NCBI GenBank assembly: GCA_034435455.1
Contig: DAOTXL010000137.1
Coordinates: forward strand, 54,687-118,686
DNA length: 64,000 bases
Direction of reading: 5' to 3'
Source: Anaerolineae bacterium
GTDB lineage: Bacteria > Chloroflexota > Anaerolineae > JAAYZQ01
Shown here: one piece after another, positions 1 through 7,706 of the stretch
Position numbering within the stretch: position 1 is the first letter of the stretch
How the letters are laid out: each line of letters opens with the position of its first letter
The notes under the pieces: generated by a model
The model's input: the letters and a program-made list of their open reading frames with translations, nothing else
What the model was told of the DNA's origin: nothing
Database searches by the model: none
Program-made: the position numbers and the translations under genes

Positions 1-1063
1 CGTTGACCCTGGCTGCCAGGTCGGCGGCGTCGCCGGGGGTGTAGAACAGGCTGGCTGCCTCATCGCCGACCACCTCTTGCAAGGCCGGCAGGCGGGGCAG
101 GACCGCGGGGATGCCGCAGGCCCAATATTCGAACTCTTTGAGCGTCACCCGCCCCCGCGCCGAAAGTACATCGGGCAGGATGACCAGCCCCAGGTCGCTG
201 GCCGATATGTAGCGGGCTACGTCGGCCTGGCGCACCCAGCCGGAAAAGTAAAAGCGGTCGGCCAGACCGGCAGCCGCGGCCCGCGCTTTGAGGTCGGGCA
301 CGGCCGTGCCGTCGCCGATCAGCCAGAAGCGGGTGCGGGGGTGACGGGCCAGGATGGCCGGCGCTGCTTCGACGAGCAGTTCCGGGCCATCCTGGGGGTC
401 TATGACGCCGTGAAAGATGAGCACATGGTCGGCGCCGGCGGCATATTTTTCGCGCAGGTCAGCCGCTTCCTGCCGGTGAAAAAGGTGGGTGTCCACGCCG
501 TCGTGGACAAGGTCCACCCGGTCGGAGCTGGCGCCGTAGGTGCGGACCAGGATGTCGCGCATGGCGTTGCTGATGGTGATGACATGGTCGGAGCGGCGCA
601 CGGTGGTCCGCTCCATCCAGCGGCCCACCGAGGCGGCCAGCCGCAGCCAGCGGCCCTTGTAGTCATCCAGGTACTCGAACAGCAGGTCGGTCAGGTCACA
701 CACGGCGACGGTGCGGGGCCGCAGCAGCCTGCCCAGCAACGCGGCGAACCCGGCGGCGGTGTTGTGGGTCAGGATGATGTCGGGTCCTAGCCGCCAGGCA
801 TAGGCGGCGGTGCGCAGGATGTTGAGCGGATAGATGAGGGCATATTTGCGCATCTTGCCGGGGTCCATGCGGCTGACGCCGGCCAGCGGCAGCACCCCCG
901 CCGCACCCAGTTCGCGCCCTGCTTCCTCCAGGCCCACGCCGAACGAGGCAGCGACATAGACCTGATGACCCCGCCCGGCCAGGGCACGGACAATGTTGAA
1001 GGTGCGGGGCGTCCCCCCGCCGCTGATGGGCACCAGCTCCTCAAAAATGACGACAAGTGCTTT
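1..1063 (-). CDS. Family 4 (GT4) glycosyltransferase; C-terminus runs off the window start
   Basis: Minus-strand frame with no stop inside the window (absent from the ORF track). The N-terminus reads MKALVVIFEELVPISGGGTPRTF...GRGHQV and the C-terminal part carries the EFEYWACGIPAV GT4 motif. Start is GTG near 1061-1063 directly after GGAGG; the exact start is uncertain. Confidence 0.7.
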
Positions 1064-1065
1064 CA

Positions 1066-1160
1066 CACCTCCAACTCCTCGTATACCCGCTCCATCCGGC
1101 CCACCTGGGCCCGCCGGCTATACTGGGCCACGGCCTTTTGCCGCGCCGCACGGCCCAGCA
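1066..1160 (-). pseudogene. Duplicated 3'-end fragment of the GT4 gene at 1570..2751 (relic ...RVYEEL(E)V-stop), abutting the start of the first GT4 gene
   Basis: About 95 bp nearly identical to 1573..1666 (ctcctcatacacccgctccatccggcccacctgggcccgcc(g/a)gctatactg(g/c)gccacggccttttgccgcgccgcacggcccag). The relic stop codon is preserved in the ancestral frame. Confidence 0.6.
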
Positions 1161-1167
1161 ACAAGTT

Positions 1168-1470
1168 TTATTCCTGGCAATAGTCGGGACTCGATTCCCG
1201 CAGGATCCTGACGTCTGCCAGAACTCTCTCTCTGACCCAGGTGTTGACGAGCACCTCAGAGGACGTATGCCTTGTTCTGGCAATCTCTGTCAATTTCTCG
1301 GCAAGATCTGCATCAAGGGCGACGAGATGAACCCGTTGCCTGATCTCCACGTCGAAATCAGCTTCGGGCATCTGCTCCAGATAATCTCCCCAGTCGTGGG
1401 TGTCAAAATGCTCGATCAACCGGTCGAGAGACCCAAATTGTGGCAGGCTTCCTGTCTCACTTTCTGTCAT
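1168..1470 (-). CDS. brnA: BrnA-like (CopG/RHH-type) antitoxin
   Basis: MTESETGSLPQF...HLVALDADLAEKLTEIARTRHTSSEVLVNTWVRERV matches the BrnA C-terminal ribbon-helix-helix pattern. The ATG overlaps the stop of the upstream toxin remnant (ATGA coupling). Confidence 0.55.
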   Translation of the reverse strand: MTESETGSLPQFGSLDRLIEHFDTHDWGDYLEQMPEADFDVEIRQRVHLVALDADLAEKLTEIARTRHTSSEVLVNTWVRERVLADVRILRESSPDYCQE

Positions 1471-1578
1471 ATTGTCGCCTTTCCTTCTTTGCCATGTCCC
1501 TGGCACTCAAGACAAGCGCTTCCCTGGTCGTCTTGTAGATGAAAAGCACGGCCAGATACCGCTCGATTCTCACACCCC
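1468..1578 (-). pseudogene. brnT: BrnT-family toxin, C-terminal remnant only (about 35 codons), truncated at the junction with the GT4 3' end
   Basis: The frame reads ...VRIERYLAVLFIYKTTREALVLSARDMAKKERRQYDRK-stop, close to the BrnT C-terminus (..IRIISARKATKKERKxYEE). No N-terminal part survives; upstream the sequence is the GT4 coding region in another frame. Confidence 0.45.
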
Positions 1579-2751
1579 CAGCTCCTCATACACCCGCTCC
1601 ATCCGGCCCACCTGGGCCCGCCAGCTATACTGCGCCACGGCCTTTTGCCGCGCCGCACGGCCCAGCCGCGCCCGCAGGTCGGCATCGGCCAGCAGGTGGA
1701 GGGTGGCTGCCACGAACGCCTGGTCCACCTGGTCGGTCAGCAGGATCTCCTCGCCGTCCACAAACTCCTGCCCCTCGGCGCCGAGGCGGGTGGAGACGAT
1801 GGCCCGCGCGTTGGCCGCCGCCTCCACGATCTTGAGCCGGGTACCCGACCCCGCATCGAGGGGCACCAGCACCAGGTCGGAGGCGGAGAGGTAGTCGCTC
1901 AGGTTGGGCCGGACGCCCGGGCGCGCATCTACAAAGCCGGTAAAGATCATACCATCTCGCCGGTAGTTTGTCAATCTCTCAGCCCCCTGGCCGATGATCA
2001 GGAAGCGGGCTTCGGGATAGTGCGCCCAGACCGCCGGCGCAATTTGGTCGGCGATGTAAGCCACGGCGCGGAGGTTGGGCAGGTAGTCCAGTTTGCCGAC
2101 AAAGGTCAGCACCGGCACCTGGTCGCTCAAGCCCAGCGCCCGGCGGGCAGCGGCCGCCCCGGCGGGCCGGTAGTCGAACAGCTCGGGGTCCACGCCGTGG
2201 GGGATGATCGTAAACCGCTCCGATGGCACATGGTACAGGTCAACCATGAACTCGCGATCCACGTCGGACAGGGCCACCACCCGGTCGGCGGCGCGGCAGG
2301 CCCAGCCCTCCAGCCATTTCAGGAACTTCAGAAACGGGCTGGTCAGGCCCATGCGCACAAATTTCTGATACTCGACATTTTCCTGCATCAGCACCACCGG
2401 CACTCCCAGCCGCTTTCGCAGCCAGAGGGCCGCCGGCGCGGTCCACAGCAGTTCGGCCTGGATGACGTCGGGCCGGAAGCGGCGGGTGGCCTGCCGGGCC
2501 GCATGGTAGTAGAAAGGGTTGACGAGCAGCCCCTTGTAGCCCAGCCGGTCCAGGGGGGAGGGGCGGCAATAACGGATCGTCAGGTTGGGGTGCTGCAGGT
2601 CGATCTGACCATGCTGCGAGTAGAGCCTGCACAGCAAAGCGTAGAGCTGGTTGGTTTCAGATAGGAATTGGACGGTGTGGTAGATGGCCGTGCTGCTGCC
2701 GTGCACCGGCGGGAAGATGTCGCACGGGGAGAGGAGCAGAATCTTGCGCAT
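1570..2751 (-). CDS. GT4 glycosyltransferase
   Basis: 393-aa ORF with a GT4 fold signature (..FVGKLDYLPNL..., EGxGxxxVEAAANARAIVSTRLG). Confidence 0.8.
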   Translation of the reverse strand: MRKILLLSPCDIFPPVHGSSTAIYHTVQFLSETNQLYALLCRLYSQHGQIDLQHPNLTIRYCRPSPLDRLGYKGLLVNPFYYHAARQATRRFRPDVIQAELLWTAPAALWLRKRLGVPVVLMQENVEYQKFVRMGLTSPFLKFLKWLEGWACRAADRVVALSDVDREFMVDLYHVPSERFTIIPHGVDPELFDYRPAGAAAARRALGLSDQVPVLTFVGKLDYLPNLRAVAYIADQIAPAVWAHYPEARFLIIGQGAERLTNYRRDGMIFTGFVDARPGVRPNLSDYLSASDLVLVPLDAGSGTRLKIVEAAANARAIVSTRLGAEGQEFVDGEEILLTDQVDQAFVAATLHLLADADLRARLGRAARQKAVAQYSWRAQVGRMERVYEELGV

Positions 2752-2812
2752 TGTGGTTCAAAAAGGCCTGGCAGGTTCAGGAGGTTGTCCCTCTCTGGCG
2801 ACCCCGGTCGGG

Positions 2813-3940
2813 TTAGCTGACCAGGGCTTTTTCGGCCAGTTCCTTCTCGACCTGGGCAAAGCGGTCCTCTACCGTCTGCTCCCGCACCCAGGTCAGCAGG
2901 TCCCCCATCCCCTCTGACAGCGGGACGCGCGGATCAAAGCCCAGCAACCGGCGGGCCTTGCCCAGGTCGGCGTAGCAGTGGCGGATGTCGCCGGCACGGT
3001 ACTGGTGCCGGATCACGGGCCGGACCTCCCCGTTCGTCAGGTGCTGGCTCAGCATTTCGGCAATCTGGAGGACGGAGGTCGGCACGCCGGTGCCCAGGTT
3101 CAAGACCTGGTAGTCGGCTTCCGGCCGGTCCATGGCCAGCAGCATCCCCTGCACGATGTCACTGACATGGATAAAGTCCCGGCTCTGCAGACCATCTTCA
3201 TAGATGACCGGCGGCTGGCGGTTGAGCAGCCGGCTGGAAAAGATGGCCATGACGCCGGTATAGGGGTTGGAAAGGGCCTGGCGGGGGCCATAGACGTTAA
3301 AGAAGCGGAGCGCCACCGTCGGCAGGCCGTAGGCCAGGCCGGTGCACAGGAACATCTCTTCGTGGTCTCGTTTGGTAACGGCATAGATGGAGGTGGGGAA
3401 CAGCGGCTTGGCCTCGTCGGTCGGGGCGGGGCGTACCTCCCGGCCGCAGTGGGGGCATTTCATCTCCCACTCGCGGGCCTGGAGCTGGGCTTCGGGCCGC
3501 AACCGGGGGTAGACGACGCCGCAGCCGGCACATTCATATTTCCCCTCGCCATAGATCGACATGGACGAGGCGACGATCACCTTGCGCACCGAATGCCTGA
3601 TGTTGGTCAGCAGGTCGAGCAGCGTGGCACCCCCCAGGGTGTTCATTTCGGTATAGTAGCGGATCTGGTACATAGATTGACCCACCCCCACGGTCGCCGC
3701 CAGGTGAAAGACCACCTCTATGCCGTCCAGCGCCCGGCGCAGGGCCTCCGGGTCGCGCACATCCCCCCTGACAAATTCGGCGGCCGGGTTGAGGTAGCCG
3801 GGTACCGCCTGTTGGGGGCCATGCACCTGGGGCACCAGCGCATCGTAGACGCGCACCGTGTCCCCTCGTTCCACCAGCGCATCCACCAGAAATGAACCGA
3901 TGAATCCGGCTCCGCCTGTGACCAGAACCTTTTCTGCCAT
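2813..3940 (-). CDS. NAD-dependent epimerase/dehydratase (SDR) with an inserted CxxC...CxxC zinc-ribbon
   Basis: MAEKVLVTGGAGFIGS Rossmann start; the YxxxK region is present. A GGAGGAATAATG RBS lies upstream and the start overlaps the upstream stop (TAATG). The longer track ORF (to 4528) is a spurious 5' extension into the GT2 gene. Confidence 0.8.
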   Translation of the reverse strand: MAEKVLVTGGAGFIGSFLVDALVERGDTVRVYDALVPQVHGPQQAVPGYLNPAAEFVRGDVRDPEALRRALDGIEVVFHLAATVGVGQSMYQIRYYTEMNTLGGATLLDLLTNIRHSVRKVIVASSMSIYGEGKYECAGCGVVYPRLRPEAQLQAREWEMKCPHCGREVRPAPTDEAKPLFPTSIYAVTKRDHEEMFLCTGLAYGLPTVALRFFNVYGPRQALSNPYTGVMAIFSSRLLNRQPPVIYEDGLQSRDFIHVSDIVQGMLLAMDRPEADYQVLNLGTGVPTSVLQIAEMLSQHLTNGEVRPVIRHQYRAGDIRHCYADLGKARRLLGFDPRVPLSEGMGDLLTWVREQTVEDRFAQVEKELAEKALVS

Positions 3941-4881
3941 TATTCCTCCCCGGTCGCATCCCATAGGTAGCGGATAGAGTATTCCTCTTCTGCCCGAAAG
4001 GTCATGTGGCGCAGCATCTCGCCCAGCAGGCCCACGCTGACAAGCTGGATGCCCACCACCAGGGCGGTGATGCCGAAGAAGAGCAGGGGCCGCCAGCCGA
4101 TCCCCCCCTCGATCAGCCATAACGCCGTCAGGTAGAGCATGATGACCGTGCCGATGGCGGCAAAGAGGCTGCCCGCCAGGCCGAACAGGTGCATGGGACG
4201 CTTCAGATAGGTGGTCAAAAAGAGCACACTGAGAAAGTCCAGATAGCTGCGGACAAAGCGCCGCCCGCCGAACTTGGAACGCCCGAAGCGACGGGGATGG
4301 TGAACGACCGGCACTTCGGCGACCCGATAACCCTTCCAGTGGGCCAGGACCGGGATGTAGCGGTGAAGCTCGCCATACAGGCGGAGCTCCTGAACCACCG
4401 GGCGGCGGTAGACCTTGAAACCGCAGTTGAGGTCGTTGAGCCGGATGCCGGTCAGGGTTGAGACGGTCCAGTTGGCAAAACGGGAAGGCCACCGTTTGGA
4501 GACCGGGTCCTGACGCTTCACCCGCCATGCCCCCACCAGGTCGTACCCTTCCTCCAGCCTGGCCAGCAGCCTGGGCAGTTCGGCCGGGTCATCCTGCAGA
4601 TCGGCATCCAGGGTGACCAGGATCTCGCCCTGCGCCCGGGCAAAGCCGGCACTCAGCGCCGCCGTCTTGCCAAAGTTGCGCCGGAACTGCACGACCCGCA
4701 CGTGGGCCCGGTCTCGTTCGTACAGGTCATGCAGGATGGCCGGGGAGCGGTCGGTGCTGCCATCGTCCACAAAGAGGATCTCGTACGGATAGGGCAGCGA
4801 GCCGGCGACCTGGGTCACCGCCTGGTACAGGAGCTCCAGCGAACCTTCCTCGTTGAGCACCGGGATGACAAACGAAATCAT
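3940..4881 (-). CDS. GT2 polyprenyl-phosphate glycosyltransferase (DPM1/ArnC/GtrB-like) with C-terminal TM helices
   Basis: MISFVIPVLNEEGS...DDGSTD...DADLQDD motifs, followed by 2 TM segments. The start could instead be the upstream GTG/ATG (4896/4911). Confidence 0.75.
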   Translation of the reverse strand: MISFVIPVLNEEGSLELLYQAVTQVAGSLPYPYEILFVDDGSTDRSPAILHDLYERDRAHVRVVQFRRNFGKTAALSAGFARAQGEILVTLDADLQDDPAELPRLLARLEEGYDLVGAWRVKRQDPVSKRWPSRFANWTVSTLTGIRLNDLNCGFKVYRRPVVQELRLYGELHRYIPVLAHWKGYRVAEVPVVHHPRRFGRSKFGGRRFVRSYLDFLSVLFLTTYLKRPMHLFGLAGSLFAAIGTVIMLYLTALWLIEGGIGWRPLLFFGITALVVGIQLVSVGLLGEMLRHMTFRAEEEYSIRYLWDATGEE

Positions 4882-5013
4882 TGTGGTTTGATCCATCAGC
4901 CAGATATCCACCGGTCAGGCAACGGAAGCCATTATATCACGAAAGGGAGGCATTTCCAAATGGGCCGGCCCGGCAGATTGTCAGCGATCGGGTTCCCTGG
5001 TATAATGACTGCT

Positions 5014-6117
5014 ATGAGAGGAAGGGGATGCTGGGGGCGGGCTTTGTTGGCGGCGCTGGCTCTGCTGGCCGGCGTGCCGCTCTCACCGCTGGTGACCCTG
5101 GGGCCACAACAGGTGGTGCCCAGTGTCAACCCCAAGTTGGGTGTCCACACCCGGCTGACCGACGAGGTCGAGCCGTGGAAGATCAAGCGCACGCTGGAAA
5201 TGGTGCGCGAGATGGGGGCGAGCTGGATCGTCGAATATTTCCCCTGGGCCTATTCCGAGCCGACGCCGGGCCGCTTTGACTGGAGCCACGCCGACCTGGT
5301 GGTGGATCACGCCCGCCGCCAGGGGTTGACCGTCATCGCCCGGTTGGGCTTTGTGCCCGAGTGGGCCCGGCCCGATCCGACGGTGCAGCCGACAACCTTT
5401 ACCTACCTGGACGAGGAGCATTATGACGATTTTGCCCGCTATGTCGCCGCTTTCGCGGAGCATTTTCGCGGGCGCGTGAGCCACATCGTCGTCTGGAATG
5501 AGCCGAACATCAGCCTGGAATGGGGCTATCGCCCGGTGGACCCGGAGGGCTATGTGGAACTGTTGCGTGCCGTCTATCCCCGCGCCAGGGCTGCCAACCC
5601 CGATCTGGTTGTGCTGGGTGGGGCACTGGCTCCCACCCTGGCCCCTGTGGGCGACCCGGAGGGCATGAACGACCTGGACTACCTGCGGCGGATGCTGGCT
5701 GCCGGAGCGGGCGAGGTGATGGACGGGCTGGCCGTCCACGCCTATGGCTGGCAAAAGCCACCCGATGCCCCGGCCAACCCCGCTGAGGTGAACTGGAACC
5801 GCACGGAGCTGCTCCGTCAACTGCTGGTCGAGGCCGGCTACGCCGACCTGCCGATTTACATCACCGAAGGGGGCTGGAACGACCATCCCCGCTGGACCAA
5901 GGCGGTGCCCCCTGCACAGCGGGCGGCCTTTACCGTGCAGGCCTATCGGCAGGCGTTGGAAGAGTGGCCCTGGTGCCGGGCGGTCGTCCTGTGGGCCTTC
6001 CGCTTTCCTCGCCCGGCCAACACCTACCAGGACTATTTCACCTTTGTCGGTGCCGATTTCACGCCCAGGCCGATCTACTTTGCCGTGCAACGCTATGCCC
6101 GGGGGGAGGGGCCATGA
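5014..6117 (+). CDS. Secreted/anchored clan GH-A glycoside hydrolase (GH5/GH39-like)
   Basis: N-terminal hydrophobic signal; VVWNEPN acid/base motif and ITEGGW nucleophile motif. A TATAAT box sits 8 nt upstream of the ATG (possibly leaderless). The start is uncertain (5005/5014). Confidence 0.6.
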   Translation: MRGRGCWGRALLAALALLAGVPLSPLVTLGPQQVVPSVNPKLGVHTRLTDEVEPWKIKRTLEMVREMGASWIVEYFPWAYSEPTPGRFDWSHADLVVDHARRQGLTVIARLGFVPEWARPDPTVQPTTFTYLDEEHYDDFARYVAAFAEHFRGRVSHIVVWNEPNISLEWGYRPVDPEGYVELLRAVYPRARAANPDLVVLGGALAPTLAPVGDPEGMNDLDYLRRMLAAGAGEVMDGLAVHAYGWQKPPDAPANPAEVNWNRTELLRQLLVEAGYADLPIYITEGGWNDHPRWTKAVPPAQRAAFTVQAYRQALEEWPWCRAVVLWAFRFPRPANTYQDYFTFVGADFTPRPIYFAVQRYARGEGP

Positions 6118-6914
6118 CGGCCAGGCAGCGGTGGCTGCTCGCCGCGATTCTCATGGCGGTGCTGCTGGCGGTGGGGCTGTGGCTGCTGCGGCGGGTGTTG
6201 CCGCCGGCGGTGGATCCAACCTGGGAGCGGGTGGTGGAGACAGGCGTGCTGCGGGTGTGCACCGACCCCAGTTGGCCTCCCTTTGAATTTGTGGATGAGG
6301 GGACCGGGCAGGTCCGGGGGTTCGACATGGAGCTGGCCGGATTGCTGGCGGCCCGGTTGGTGCCGCGTGGGCGTGCCCAGATCGTTTCTGTCGGCTTTGA
6401 TGGGCTGTACGATGCGCTGCTGGCGGGCCGCTGCGATGCCGTCCTCTCGGCCCTGCCCTACGAACCGCTGCGCACCCGCGATGTGGCCTACTCGGTGGCC
6501 TACTTTAACGCCGGGCTGGTGTTGGTGGTGCGGGAAGGAACCACCGATATCGAGGCGCCCGAGGACTTGGCCGGCCGGGCGGTGGGCGTCGAGTGGGGCT
6601 TTGTGCCGGAGGGCGATAGCCGGCAGCGGCTTTTTCTGCAGAGCCTGGGCCTGCGCCGTTACAACACGCCGCTGGACGCGCTCCGCGCCCTGCAGGCCGG
6701 TGAGGTGGAGGCGGCGCTGGTGGATCGCATCACCGCTCTGGCCTATCTACGCGATTGCCGGGGGTTGCGCATCGTTGGCCGACCCCTCACCGACCTGAAC
6801 TACGTCATCCCGGTGCGGCCTGATAGCTTCCGGCTGCTGGAAGAGGTCAACCGGGTGCTGCTAGAGATGCGCCGGGATGGCACGCTGGAACAGCTCCAGG
6901 AGGCGTGGTTTTGA
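6114..6914 (+). CDS. ABC transporter substrate-binding protein, family 3 (polar amino-acid type)
   Basis: Signal/TM anchor then an SBP_bac_3-like core (VGFDGLYDALLAGRCDAVLSALP...). GGGGGGAGGGG RBS; the ATG overlaps the upstream stop. Confidence 0.65.
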   Translation: MTARQRWLLAAILMAVLLAVGLWLLRRVLPPAVDPTWERVVETGVLRVCTDPSWPPFEFVDEGTGQVRGFDMELAGLLAARLVPRGRAQIVSVGFDGLYDALLAGRCDAVLSALPYEPLRTRDVAYSVAYFNAGLVLVVREGTTDIEAPEDLAGRAVGVEWGFVPEGDSRQRLFLQSLGLRRYNTPLDALRALQAGEVEAALVDRITALAYLRDCRGLRIVGRPLTDLNYVIPVRPDSFRLLEEVNRVLLEMRRDGTLEQLQEAWF

Positions 6915-6919
6915 TCCCG

Positions 6920-7657
6920 TCAGGCCCGGCACGCTTCGGCCAGAGCGTCGAACAGGCGCCGGGCGCGGTCATCCTGGCCGGCCAGCTCTTCCGGGTGCCA
7001 CTGTACGCCGATGAGGAACGGATGCTCCGTCCCTTCCACCCCTTCGATGATGCCATCGGGGGCGCGGGCGACGACGGTCAGGCCGGCGGCGACCTCTTTG
7101 ATCGCCTGGTGATGGAGGCTGTTGACCGGCAGAGAGGTTGTACCCAGAATACGGGCCAGGCACGAGCCAGGGGTCACGACGACCGGGTGAGGCAGGTGGT
7201 CGCGGGGATAACCGGGATACCAGTCGTGTTTCCCGGCCTCCGGCAGTTGAGCTTCGATGTCCTGATACAGGCTACCACCCAGGGCCACATTCAACACCTG
7301 GATGCCCCGGCAGATGCCCAGCAGCGGTTTGCCCTCCGCCGCTGCCCAACGGACCAGCGCCAATTCCGTTTCATCGCGGATAGGGGTCACGCGGCCGCAT
7401 CGTTCATGGCGCACCTCGCCATAGTGGACCGGGTCCACATCCCCGCCGCCGGGCAGCAGCAGGCCATCCAGGCGCTCGTACAGGCGCCGTAGCCGGGCCG
7501 GATCGGTCACTTCGGGGATCAGGAGCGGCACGGCCCCGGCCTGGAGCACCGCCTGGATGTAGGTCTGGCTCTGCCCAAAGCGGGACGGTGCCTGGCCTCC
7601 GTTGGTCTGGAATTCACTACAAATGATACCGATAACCGGCGGTAAAGGGTGGCTCAT
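6920..7657 (-). CDS. Class I glutamine amidotransferase-like hydrolase (gamma-glutamyl-GABA hydrolase PuuD / peptidase C26 family)
   Basis: GICRGIQVLNVALGG and HHQ motifs. Confidence 0.7.
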   Translation of the reverse strand: MSHPLPPVIGIICSEFQTNGGQAPSRFGQSQTYIQAVLQAGAVPLLIPEVTDPARLRRLYERLDGLLLPGGGDVDPVHYGEVRHERCGRVTPIRDETELALVRWAAAEGKPLLGICRGIQVLNVALGGSLYQDIEAQLPEAGKHDWYPGYPRDHLPHPVVVTPGSCLARILGTTSLPVNSLHHQAIKEVAAGLTVVARAPDGIIEGVEGTEHPFLIGVQWHPEELAGQDDRARRLFDALAEACRA

Positions 7658-7706
7658 CGCTCAAGACTCCGTTGGGGTGGTCTGCCTCAGGATCGATTGG
7701 CGCTGC

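Noticed and set aside
77-790. 237-aa plus-strand ORF at the window start
   Set aside because: It is antisense to the GT4 gene that occupies 1-1063 on the minus strand. The translation is Gly/Ala/Val-rich with no motifs.
2813-4528. 571-aa version of the epimerase ORF (and similar 5' extensions of cysK 41215..42744, the ATC-hydrolase gene 59520..60419, and the kinase gene 35012..36901)
   Set aside because: The N-terminal extensions overlap the upstream genes in another frame. The internal ATG/GTG starts with good RBS match the family N-termini.
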